The notes below the pieces were generated by a model. That model worked only from the letters and a program-made list of their open reading frames with translations, ran no database searches and was not told the origin of the DNA. A stretch of 64,000 nt of DNA. Origin: Candidatus Parcubacteria bacterium (GTDB taxonomy: Bacteria; Patescibacteriota; Minisyncoccia; Phycocordibacterales; CAIZLB01). The translations under genes were made by a program, and so were the position numbers. The stretch is from assembly GCA_039795775.1 (NCBI GenBank), contig JBDKLC010000005.1, positions 3,654 to 67,653 of the forward strand. The letters run 5' to 3'. Position 1 is the first letter of the stretch. Every line of letters begins with the position of its first letter. Of the stretch, positions 39,989-49,369 are shown in pieces.

Positions 39989-41488
39989 ATGAAATTTCTA
40001 AAAAAAGATACGCCTCTTAAAATACTGTTTGTTGGTCCTGAAGCCGCTCCATACGTAAAAATTGGAGGCCTTGGAGAAGTACTCCGATCTCTCCCATGTG
40101 CTCTTCGAGATATCGGTCATGATGCACGAGTGATTATCCCAAAGTATGCGGCTATTCCTGCTGATCAATTTGATATTGCTCTACATGCAGAAAATGTTCA
40201 GATTTCAAATGGCCCTGATAAAGTGATTGTTTGCAATGTAAAAGTGGGCATTCAAGCCGGCTCATCCAACATTACAAATTACTTTTTAGAAAATCAGGAA
40301 TTTTTTGAACAGCGGGGAAGTGTATATGGGTATGATGATGATGCTGCCCGATGGGCAGTTCTTTGTCGAGGCACATTAGAATTTATCCGATCACACTCTG
40401 ATTGGATCCCAGATATTATTGTCGGTGCTGATTGGCAGAGTGGTCTTATTCCTAACCTTCTCAAGACAGAATTTGCAGAAGATCCTGTGCTTTCAAAGAT
40501 TGCCTCTGTGTTTTCAATTCACAATTTGCATTTCCAGGGAATGTTCGACCCACACTATATAAATGAACTTGAGTATGATGATGGACAGTCAGCTGTGCCA
40601 CTTATTGGTGACCCAGCACTTCTCAAGAAAAATTTCATGCGACGAGGTATTCGTTTTGCTGACGTCGTAAATACTGTATCGCCTACATATGCACAAGAAA
40701 TTACTACATCTGAGTTTGGTGAGCTTCTCAATCCGCTTTTGCAAGAACGAAGATCACGACTCTTCGGTATATTGAATGGTATCGACTATGAGTCAAATAG
40801 TCCTGAGCTCAATCCGTATGTTGAGGTGAAATATTCATCAAAAAACTTTAAAGACAGAAAAAGAAATAAACTATTACTTCAGAAAAAGTTTAATCTTGAA
40901 GAAGAAGAGGATGTACCTATCTTTGCTATTGTGTCACGACTCAGTGAGCAAAAAGGTCTCGACCTTCTTATTGATACAATGGAGCCTCTTCTCAATAACT
41001 ATAAATTTCAGCTTATTGTCCTAGGCTCAGGAGATTCACGATATTTGTCGCTCTTCAGTGATTTAGAAAAAAGATTCCCACAAGTTGCAACGCATCTTTC
41101 ATTCGACCGAGCACTTCCACACATGATTTACTCAGGGTGTGACGTGGTTCTCGTACCATCACGATTTGAACCTTGTGGTCTCACACAAATGGAAGCAATG
41201 CGATACGGTGCAGTGCCACTTGTACGAAAGACAGGCGGTCTTGCCGATAGTGTTCAGAAGTATTCTGTCGAAAAAGACACAGGCACAGGGTTCATGTTTG
41301 AAAATTACGACAAGTATGCCTTCTTTGGTGCATTTGTTCAGGCTATCGAAACATACAAATACCAAGACCGATGGAAGGGAATTCAGAAGCGAGCAATGGA
41401 ATCAAATTTCTCATGGAGTAAGTCAGCCATAGAATATATAGAGCTTTTCAAAAAGGCGATTGCTTTTAAGAATGAGCAAAAAGATTAA
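39989..41488 (+). CDS. glgA: Glycogen synthase
   Basis: EAAPYVKIGGLGEV, DWQSG, IHNLHFQG, NGID, SRLSEQKG, PSRFEPCGLTQ; track start 39968. Confidence 0.93.
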   Translation: MKFLKKDTPLKILFVGPEAAPYVKIGGLGEVLRSLPCALRDIGHDARVIIPKYAAIPADQFDIALHAENVQISNGPDKVIVCNVKVGIQAGSSNITNYFLENQEFFEQRGSVYGYDDDAARWAVLCRGTLEFIRSHSDWIPDIIVGADWQSGLIPNLLKTEFAEDPVLSKIASVFSIHNLHFQGMFDPHYINELEYDDGQSAVPLIGDPALLKKNFMRRGIRFADVVNTVSPTYAQEITTSEFGELLNPLLQERRSRLFGILNGIDYESNSPELNPYVEVKYSSKNFKDRKRNKLLLQKKFNLEEEEDVPIFAIVSRLSEQKGLDLLIDTMEPLLNNYKFQLIVLGSGDSRYLSLFSDLEKRFPQVATHLSFDRALPHMIYSGCDVVLVPSRFEPCGLTQMEAMRYGAVPLVRKTGGLADSVQKYSVEKDTGTGFMFENYDKYAFFGAFVQAIETYKYQDRWKGIQKRAMESNFSWSKSAIEYIELFKKAIAFKNEQKD

Positions 41489-41497
41489 TTTATCTCT

Positions 41498-42991
41498 ATG
41501 AAATGGGCAAACTTTTTACACATCTATCAACCTCTGGGACAGCAACCAGATATTCTTGAAGCTGTAACTCACCAGAGCTACCGACCACTTTTCCAAGGAA
41601 TGCTCGCACACCCAAATGTACATCTTACGTTTAACATCAGTGGAGCATTATTTGAAGTATTTGATAAATATGGATATACAGATGTCATCGATATGATACG
41701 TGAACTTGTAAAACAAGGACGACTTGAGATTATAGGTTCTGCAAAATATCACGCGCTTCTGCCATTTCTTGAAGAAGAAGAAATAACTCGCCAGATTCAG
41801 GCCAATACTGAAACACTTCGAAAATATTTAGGATCAGACTTTACACCAAGAGGGTTTTTTCCTCCAGAAATGGCATACAGTGAACGAGTCGGGAAAGTAG
41901 TATCTGATCTTGGATTCGAGTGGATTATCCTTGATGAAATAAGTTGTACGGGAAAAACAGAGCAACTTACATATAATGGTGTACATGCTATCAAGAATAC
42001 CAATCTCAAAGCAGTATTTCGAGAGAGACGACCAAGTAACCTCATTATGAGTTCAATGGTTCGCTCTACAGATTCGCTTATTGAAGCACTTGGAGAAGAG
42101 ATGAGTGAAGATAGATACTTACTTACTGCTATGGATGGAGAAACGTTCGGTCATCATCGACCGGGACTCGAACAGTTGTTGTTTAGTATTTTTGATTCTC
42201 CAAAATTTCAGTTGGTGACTATTACTGAACTTGTTCAGCAATCTACTGTGCTCGATACAATTGAGCCACATGAATCTACATGGGCCTCAAGTGAAGCTGA
42301 TATCGAACGAGGTGTTCAGTTTCTTTCATGGTCAGATCCTGACAATCAGATTCATACATGGCAGTGGGAACTCGTGCATCTTGCAGAAGAAGCTGTTCAC
42401 AAGATGGACAAGTCTTTATCAAATTATCCTGAATTTAGAACAAAGCTTGATGAGGCACTTGCGAGCGATCACTTTTGGTGGGCGTCTGCAAAGCCTTGGT
42501 GGAGTGTTGAGGAAATTGAGCGAGGTGCGTATCTCAATCTCAACCTAGTACGAACTGTACCGAGTAGCACTGATGAAATGAAATGGAAAGCTTCTGATCT
42601 TTACGAAAAAATTGTTTCGACAGCTTTTCAGTGGAAACGAAGTGGAAAGATTTTTGACATGATGAGAGGACAGGCAGAAAGTGTGAAAATTCCTTTTAAG
42701 GAAAGAACGTTCGAGAAAGGAGGTGTGGAAAAGGGAATTTACGATGCCTTTATGGCGATGTTTAAATCACTTGAACAAAAATCGGTAGAAGCAGGAGAAT
42801 ATGAAAAGGCTATCTTGTGGCGAGACGCAATCTACAAAATAGAAACAAAGAATGACATCTATGATGCAGTACATGCTATAGAGCTTCTTCGCCTCGAAAT
42901 ACCAAACTATGAAGTTGAGCAAACGCTCGATAAATACACTGAGCAGTACAAACACATGAGAGGTGGCCAACCAGAACAGCGCGGGGCATAA
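41498..42991 (+). CDS. Glycoside hydrolase family 57 protein
   Basis: FLHIYQP, HALLP, GFFPPEMAYS, AMDGETFGHH, ASDHFWWAS. Confidence 0.87.
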   Translation: MKWANFLHIYQPLGQQPDILEAVTHQSYRPLFQGMLAHPNVHLTFNISGALFEVFDKYGYTDVIDMIRELVKQGRLEIIGSAKYHALLPFLEEEEITRQIQANTETLRKYLGSDFTPRGFFPPEMAYSERVGKVVSDLGFEWIILDEISCTGKTEQLTYNGVHAIKNTNLKAVFRERRPSNLIMSSMVRSTDSLIEALGEEMSEDRYLLTAMDGETFGHHRPGLEQLLFSIFDSPKFQLVTITELVQQSTVLDTIEPHESTWASSEADIERGVQFLSWSDPDNQIHTWQWELVHLAEEAVHKMDKSLSNYPEFRTKLDEALASDHFWWASAKPWWSVEEIERGAYLNLNLVRTVPSSTDEMKWKASDLYEKIVSTAFQWKRSGKIFDMMRGQAESVKIPFKERTFEKGGVEKGIYDAFMAMFKSLEQKSVEAGEYEKAILWRDAIYKIETKNDIYDAVHAIELLRLEIPNYEVEQTLDKYTEQYKHMRGGQPEQRGA

Positions 42992-43031
42992 TACATATAA
43001 ATATAAAGAATATATAAAGACACAGCACAAT

Positions 43032-44747
43032 ATGAACGAACACGAAACAACAGTATTTGATGGATGGTTTGATGAATTTAGTCGGAAGAAAGAGTATAAA
43101 GAATTTCTTGCTGAGCCTGTTGCATATTTTTGTGCTGAATATGCGTTGTTCAACCATTCTCCGCTGTATGCAGGTGGTTTGGGAATTCTCTCGGGTGACT
43201 ATATAAATGAAATGATTGATCAAAAACTGCCGTGTGTTGCACTCGGTCTTTTTTACTATCATGAACACGTCTATGGAAAAGCAAACTCATCTGCAATTGT
43301 TACACCAGATAAACTTGGTCTCGAACTTATTCGAAACGAAGCAGAAGAACCACGAATTGTGACAGTGCCTATCGGTGAACGAGAAGTAAAAATTCAAGCA
43401 TGGCAGTGGAAGCAGGGCGCTGTGACACTTATTCTTCTCGATACACATGTTGAGGGAAATCATATTGATGACATGACAATCACGGATACGTTGTATGTAG
43501 AAAATCGTGATATGCGTCTCAAGCAAGAAATGGTGCTTGGTATTGGGGGTATGCGATTTTTGAAAGCGCTCGGTATTCATCCATCGGTGTATCATCTCAA
43601 TGAGGGTCACTCTGCATTTTTGGCATTTGAGCTTATTCGTCATGAAATGAAGCACAGACAAGTTGATTTCCTCAAAGCGTGTCAGTATGCACGTCAGCAC
43701 ATTGTGTTTACCAATCATACTTTGGTGGCAGCAGGGCATGAACTATTTTCGCTTGAAGCAGTAAAATCAATGGCTCACAATTTTGCCCAGGAGCTTGGTA
43801 TAAACGTGGAGCAGCTCATCGCTCTTGGTGTTGAGGCAAATTCAACACTTTTTTCAATGACAGTACTGGCTCTCAATCTTTCATACAAAGTGAATGCTGT
43901 AAGTAAACTACACGGACAAAAGGCTGCAGAACTTTGGAAAAATTATTCAGTGGAAGAAGTGACAAACGGTGTGTATCTCAGTCGATGGGATATTACTCAC
44001 GATGGTTCACCAGAAGCTTTTTGGAAAGCACACCAAGAAAACAAACGAAATCTTCTTAAGACTATAAAAGAAAAAACTGGACAGATGTTTGACGAAAACA
44101 CATTGCTTCTCGGATGGGGAAGACGACTTGTAGAATATAAACAGCCACTCGCAATTCTCGGAGATGTTGCTCGATTTAAACAGCTTGCAGAAGCAGAAGG
44201 CCGACAACTCAAGCTGGTATTTTCTGGACCACTCAACGAGAGTTATGCCGGAGAGAATAAATTTATTCAACAGCTTCAGACGCTTATTCATGGTGAACTC
44301 AAAGGTTCAGTAGTATTTTTGCCAAACTACGATATGGAACTCTCGCACCTTCTAGTAGCTGGATGTGATATTTGGCTCAACACTCCTATTGTCGGAACTG
44401 AAGCCTGCGGTACAAGTGGAATGAAAGCATGTCTCAACGGAACACTTCCAGTAACAACAAATGACGGCTGGATTGCAGAAACAAATCTCGATGAGATAGG
44501 TTGGGTGGTGAATGATCAAGACATCACTAAGAATCTTCTTGATGTTATCGAAACAGAAGTGGTGCCGATGTATTACCAGAATGTTGAAAGTCAGAAGAAT
44601 GGTCAATTTGAAACATCGTGGACAATACGAATGGAAAAGTCTCGAACTATGATTTTGAATAATTTCACTACGGCTCGAGCACTCAAGGAGTATATTGAAA
44701 AGTTTTATGTACCAACTCTTGTACATAAGAAGCATGCGCAGATGTAG
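43032..44747 (+). CDS. glgP: Alpha-glucan (glycogen) phosphorylase
   Basis: YAGGLGILSGD, HLNEGH, FTNHT, RRLVEYK, EACGTSGMKA; track start 42963. Confidence 0.92.
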   Translation: MNEHETTVFDGWFDEFSRKKEYKEFLAEPVAYFCAEYALFNHSPLYAGGLGILSGDYINEMIDQKLPCVALGLFYYHEHVYGKANSSAIVTPDKLGLELIRNEAEEPRIVTVPIGEREVKIQAWQWKQGAVTLILLDTHVEGNHIDDMTITDTLYVENRDMRLKQEMVLGIGGMRFLKALGIHPSVYHLNEGHSAFLAFELIRHEMKHRQVDFLKACQYARQHIVFTNHTLVAAGHELFSLEAVKSMAHNFAQELGINVEQLIALGVEANSTLFSMTVLALNLSYKVNAVSKLHGQKAAELWKNYSVEEVTNGVYLSRWDITHDGSPEAFWKAHQENKRNLLKTIKEKTGQMFDENTLLLGWGRRLVEYKQPLAILGDVARFKQLAEAEGRQLKLVFSGPLNESYAGENKFIQQLQTLIHGELKGSVVFLPNYDMELSHLLVAGCDIWLNTPIVGTEACGTSGMKACLNGTLPVTTNDGWIAETNLDEIGWVVNDQDITKNLLDVIETEVVPMYYQNVESQKNGQFETSWTIRMEKSRTMILNNFTTARALKEYIEKFYVPTLVHKKHAQM

Positions 44748-44757
44748 GTTGATATAA

Positions 44758-44824
44758 TTGACGAAATTATACGAAAAGGTAGTCTTAGTGCGGGGAATAA
44801 CGTGACTCGGCGAAGTCACACAAC
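44758..44824 (+). promoter_or_regulatory. Promoter plus ATAAC-stem-loop-ACAAC motif (copy 2) upstream of purM
   Basis: TTGACG-16-TAGTCT, then ATAAC GTGAC TCGGCGAA GTCAC ACAAC (44797-44824). Confidence 0.5.
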
Positions 44825-44846
44825 AAGCACAAACCTCTCATTTCGT

Positions 44847-45992
44847 ATGGGATTACCAAAAAAGAAAAAAAAGCTAAAACAACCACGTGGGTCTGAAATG
44901 ACCTACAAGGATAGTGGTGTCGACTACGGCGCTCTCGATCCTCTCAAAATCGTTTGCCAAAACTTGGCGGCGCAAACACGAAACAATATCGGCGACACGG
45001 ATGTCTTTGAGTTAGCTTCAACGCGAGGCGAAAGCTACTACGCGTTGGAACTACCTGATCGTTACCTCGTGACTGTCACCGAAGGACTCGGGACACGCAA
45101 TCGCGTGGCCGAGATCGCCGGTGAGCTCACGGGAAATGCTCAGTATTACTTCAACATGGGATACTCAAATGCGGCGACGGCGTTTAATGATCTGACAACC
45201 TCTGGTGGTCGGATCCTGACGTTTTCGCTTCATATCGCGACGGGCAGTGCAGCGTGGATGAAAAATCCGCGCTTCATGGAAGCATTTGCGCAAGGCACAA
45301 AAAAAGCCTGCGACGATGCACGATGCACTTGGGGAGGTGGGGAGACATCCACCCTTCGAGACATCGTTCTTCCGAACACTGCGGTGCTCGGTGGATCTGC
45401 CTTTGGCCAAGTGGTAGACAAGTCTTCACTCGTAGACTCTTCGCGAGTCAGTGCTGGAGACGCTATCATTTTGGTGGCGAGCTCGGGCATTCACGACAAC
45501 GGCATCACGCTCACGCGCGATCTGCCTACTCGTTTGCGTCATGGGTATAATACGAGGGTCAAAGGTGGAGGGCGGTTCTTCGAGGAACTTCTCATTCCTA
45601 CGACCATCTATGCCAAGATGATCTACGCTCTTCGGAAAGGCAATATTCCGCTTCACTACGTCATGAATATCACCGGCCACGGCTGGCGCAAACTCATGCG
45701 GGCTCCTCAGCCCTTTACGTATCGGATCAAAAAGCTACTGCCTGTTCCGCCTATCTTCCCGTTCATTCAACATCACGGGAATATCGCGGCCCCGGAAATG
45801 TGGGGCAATTACAACATGGGCGCAGGGTATGCCGTGGTCGTGCCACACAAAAAGCTCACTGCTGCCTTGTCCATCATCAAAAAGGCAGGATACCAGGCAA
45901 TCCATGCCGGCGACGTCGAAGAAGGCAAAAAACAAGTCCTTCTCGAACCTATCGGGGTTGAATATGAGGCGGGTTCACTCAGCATCCGCTAA
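44847..45992 (+). CDS. purM: AIR synthase (phosphoribosylformylglycinamidine cyclo-ligase)-family protein, GC-rich
   Basis: MTYKDSGVDY (alternative ATG 44898), EGLGT, ND, GGGET, SSGIHDNG, NITGHG, NMGAG. Confidence 0.85.
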   Translation: MGLPKKKKKLKQPRGSEMTYKDSGVDYGALDPLKIVCQNLAAQTRNNIGDTDVFELASTRGESYYALELPDRYLVTVTEGLGTRNRVAEIAGELTGNAQYYFNMGYSNAATAFNDLTTSGGRILTFSLHIATGSAAWMKNPRFMEAFAQGTKKACDDARCTWGGGETSTLRDIVLPNTAVLGGSAFGQVVDKSSLVDSSRVSAGDAIILVASSGIHDNGITLTRDLPTRLRHGYNTRVKGGGRFFEELLIPTTIYAKMIYALRKGNIPLHYVMNITGHGWRKLMRAPQPFTYRIKKLLPVPPIFPFIQHHGNIAAPEMWGNYNMGAGYAVVVPHKKLTAALSIIKKAGYQAIHAGDVEEGKKQVLLEPIGVEYEAGSLSIR

Positions 45993-46019
45993 ATATCAAC
46001 CATTCACAATAATCTCATC

Positions 46020-46050
46020 AGGGGCCGCACGACGAAGTCGCGCGGCCCCT
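46020..46050 (+). terminator. 14-bp GC-rich hairpin (1 mismatch) with C-GAA-G loop
   Basis: AGGGGCCGCACGAC-GAA-GTCGCGCGGCCCCT. Confidence 0.6.
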
Positions 46051-46094
46051 TTACCTTTGTTGCAGAGCCACATAATGTGCTACAGTTATCCCGT

Positions 46095-48644
46095 ATGTCA
46101 TTACTTTCATCAATTTTCCCAAGTCATTCAGCTCGCCAGATCAAGCGATATCGCCAGACCGTGGCTGTTATTAACGATTTAGAAGAATCAATCAAAGCGC
46201 TTTCAGACGATGCTTTGAAAGCCAAAACACTCGAGTTTAAAACAAAGATAACAGAAGGTGCATCACTCGATGCTTTGTTACCTGAAGCTTTTGCGGTAGT
46301 TCGTGAGGCTACTCGACGAACACTCAACCAGCGACATTACGATGTACAGCTTATTGGAGGTATGATTTTGCATGAAGGCAAAATTGCTGAAATGAAAACT
46401 GGAGAAGGTAAAACTCAGATGGCCACATTGCCAGCGTATCTCAATGCCATTTCAGGAAAAGGAGTACACATTGTTACAGTGAATGATTACCTTTCACGAC
46501 GAGATGCTGTATGGATGGGAAAGATTTATAGCACACTTGGACTTAGTGTTGCTGTGATCAATCACGACTCTTCATTTATATATGATCCATCACACGTATC
46601 ACAAGAAGAAAATACAGAAGAAGAATCAGTAGGTTCTTATAAAGTGATTTACGACTTTTTGCGTCCATGCACAAGACAAGAAGCATACAACGCTGACATC
46701 ACATACGGTACAAACAACGAATTCGGCTTCGACTATCTTCGAGACAATATTGAACATTCTCCAAAAGGAATCCGACAGCGAGATTTCAATTATGCGATCG
46801 TAGACGAAATTGACTCAATCTTGATCGACGAATCACGAACACCACTTATTATTTCTATGCCAGTGTCAGATGCCGAAAGTCTGTATCCAAAGTTTGCAGA
46901 CATTGCTCGAAACATGCAGCTCGATAAGCACTACACAGTAGATGAAAAGTTCCACTCTATTGCTATTACACAAGAAGGTATCGACTTTGCTGAACAAGCG
47001 CTTGGCGTAGCAAACATTTATGCGGAAGGTGGCATCAAGTTTGTGCATCATCTTGAAATTGCTATCAAAGCAAAAGCTCTCTACAAAAATAACGACCAGT
47101 ACCTTGTAAAAGATGGTGAAGTTATAATTGTTGATACATCAACTGGACGACTCCAGCCAGGACGACGATGGTCAGAAGGTATCCACCAGGCTATCGAAGC
47201 AAAAGAAGGCGTTCGAATTCAGCAAGAATCTCGAGCGTATGCTTCTATTACATTCCAAAACTATTTCCGACTCTATCCAAAGCTCGGTGGTATGACTGGT
47301 ACAGCGAAGACATCTTCAGAAGAATTCCTGAAGGTATACGGACTCGATGTTATCGAAGTACCAACACACCGACCAATCGCTCGACTCGATAAAAATGATC
47401 TTATTTTCCAAACAGAAAAAGGAAAGTTCAAAGCGATTGCAAACAAGATTAAAGAACTCAATCAAAAAGGTACACCAGTACTCGTTGGTACAGTTTCAAT
47501 CGAAAAGAACCAACTTCTCTCTGAATACCTCAAACGAGAAGGTATTCCTCATACACTCCTCAACGCCAAGCCAGAATTCGCGGAAAAAGAAGGTGAAATT
47601 ATTGCACAAGCGGGACGAAAGGGTGCTGTTACAATTTCTACAAACATGGCAGGACGAGGTGTAGACATCAAACTTGGTGGCGCACCAATGACACAAGATG
47701 CATACGAAGAAATCAAAGCACTTGGTGGTCTCTACGTACTTGGTACAGAACGACACGAAGCACGACGAATCGACAACCAGCTTCGAGGACGATCTGGACG
47801 ACAAGGTGATCCGGGAGAAACTCAGTTCTTCGTATCTCTCGAAGACAACCTTATGCGAGTATTCGGAACAGACCTCATCAAAAACATGATGGGTCGATTC
47901 GGTATTCCTGAAGATGAGCCAATTCAAAATGGCTTTGTATCACGAGCACTCGAAAACGCTCAAACAAAGATTGAAGGCTTCCATTTCGATAGTCGAAAAC
48001 ATGTACTTGAATACGATGATGTACTCAACCAGCAGCGACGAAAGATTTATGAACGACGACGAAAGATTCTCGTAGGTGATCACGATGACGTTCAGAATGT
48101 ACTTCTCGATATTCTGTCTCGAGCTACTCCTGAAGAGCAGACTGCCATCCAAAAGAAACAACAAGAATTTACAGATGGTGCAATTGCAGCTGGAATGCCA
48201 GCTGAAGAAGCAGCACGAGTATTCTTGCTTACTGCAAAGGGTGTCATGCTCCAGACATTCGACCTCTTCTGGGTTGATCATCTCGAAATGATGGACTACC
48301 TACGTTCAAGTGTGAATCTCCGAGCATACGGTCAACGAGATCCTCTCGTAGAATATAAGAAAGAAGGTTTGCAATTGTTCAAACAAATGGAAGCATCAAT
48401 AGAAGGAGAAATTGTACGAATTCTTTCTCACGTAAGTGGGGAAGTGAGTATGGGATCAAACATTCAAACAATCGAACTTCGACCTAGTGCTCCAGCAGCT
48501 CTTCAATCGACTCCTACAAATGTATCAGCTGCTCCACAAGTCGTAGGTTCAAACGGTGGTGCGAGTGCAGAAGAAAAAGTGGGACGAAACGACCTCTGCC
48601 CATGTGGTTCAGGAAAAAAATATAAAAAGTGTCATGGTGCATAA
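46095..48644 (+). CDS. secA: Preprotein translocase ATPase SecA
   Basis: EMKTGEGKT, DEIDSILIDE, TNMAGRG, RRIDNQLRGRSGRQGDPG, C-terminal GRNDLCPCGSGKKYKKCH; track start 46077. Confidence 0.98.
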   Translation: MSLLSSIFPSHSARQIKRYRQTVAVINDLEESIKALSDDALKAKTLEFKTKITEGASLDALLPEAFAVVREATRRTLNQRHYDVQLIGGMILHEGKIAEMKTGEGKTQMATLPAYLNAISGKGVHIVTVNDYLSRRDAVWMGKIYSTLGLSVAVINHDSSFIYDPSHVSQEENTEEESVGSYKVIYDFLRPCTRQEAYNADITYGTNNEFGFDYLRDNIEHSPKGIRQRDFNYAIVDEIDSILIDESRTPLIISMPVSDAESLYPKFADIARNMQLDKHYTVDEKFHSIAITQEGIDFAEQALGVANIYAEGGIKFVHHLEIAIKAKALYKNNDQYLVKDGEVIIVDTSTGRLQPGRRWSEGIHQAIEAKEGVRIQQESRAYASITFQNYFRLYPKLGGMTGTAKTSSEEFLKVYGLDVIEVPTHRPIARLDKNDLIFQTEKGKFKAIANKIKELNQKGTPVLVGTVSIEKNQLLSEYLKREGIPHTLLNAKPEFAEKEGEIIAQAGRKGAVTISTNMAGRGVDIKLGGAPMTQDAYEEIKALGGLYVLGTERHEARRIDNQLRGRSGRQGDPGETQFFVSLEDNLMRVFGTDLIKNMMGRFGIPEDEPIQNGFVSRALENAQTKIEGFHFDSRKHVLEYDDVLNQQRRKIYERRRKILVGDHDDVQNVLLDILSRATPEEQTAIQKKQQEFTDGAIAAGMPAEEAARVFLLTAKGVMLQTFDLFWVDHLEMMDYLRSSVNLRAYGQRDPLVEYKKEGLQLFKQMEASIEGEIVRILSHVSGEVSMGSNIQTIELRPSAPAALQSTPTNVSAAPQVVGSNGGASAEEKVGRNDLCPCGSGKKYKKCHGA

Positions 48645-48684
48645 TAATTCGATAGACAGTAGTCCATCAGGAGATTTTCCAAAA

Positions 48685-48840
48685 ATGTCCCCAGGACAGA
48701 AGTCTATTGAACATCTTTCACACTTTTGGTGCCCGGCATGTAAGAAGTGGTGGAGTATCGGTGACGCGCCAGCAGACAAACAAGACTGGTTTTGCCCCTG
48801 GTGCGGTACAAAGCATACATTCAACAACGTCCTATGCTAA
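48685..48840 (+). CDS. Small zinc-ribbon protein (51 aa)
   Basis: HFWCPACKKWWSIGDA..WFCPWCG. Confidence 0.65.
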   Translation: MSPGQKSIEHLSHFWCPACKKWWSIGDAPADKQDWFCPWCGTKHTFNNVLC

Positions 48841-49343
48841 AAGCCATCAAATCTGCCAACAAAGAGGATGTCGTAAAAATTGAAAAGATTATTCTCCAGG
48901 TGATTTCTGATGCACACAAAAAAGTTGATTCAAAGATTGTAAAAAAATATAAAGAAAGCGTTCTTCGAGTAGTAGAAAAAAAAGAACCTGATACGTCACA
49001 GCACTACGTTGTTACCCGAAATGATGACAAAGAAGTCATAGGCTATTTAGGACACAGAAAATGCACCAAAGCATTGCTGTCATTTACGTATACGGCTCAA
49101 CCACTTGAAATCAATGCTCTGTATGTTGAAAAAGAAGAACAAAATAAAGGTATTGGAAATCAAATGATTCAGTATATTCGCGTTCAAGCCGGAGAAAAAC
49201 GATACACGGAAATCATCCTCAGAAGTGGTATTGAGTTTAAAGAATCAAGCTGGGGTTTTTATGAACACCTCGGATTTGAATATCTCGATATGGTAACTGA
49301 TGAAGATGAACACGAGTATGCCGTATTTAGATATAGACTTTAA
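48834..49343 (+). CDS. GNAT-family acetyltransferase
   Basis: EINALYV..QNKGIG, WGFYEHLGF; track start 48792. Confidence 0.8.
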   Translation: MLKAIKSANKEDVVKIEKIILQVISDAHKKVDSKIVKKYKESVLRVVEKKEPDTSQHYVVTRNDDKEVIGYLGHRKCTKALLSFTYTAQPLEINALYVEKEEQNKGIGNQMIQYIRVQAGEKRYTEIILRSGIEFKESSWGFYEHLGFEYLDMVTDEDEHEYAVFRYRL

Positions 49344-49369
49344 AGAGTACTGTAAGGTAAAATAACACT

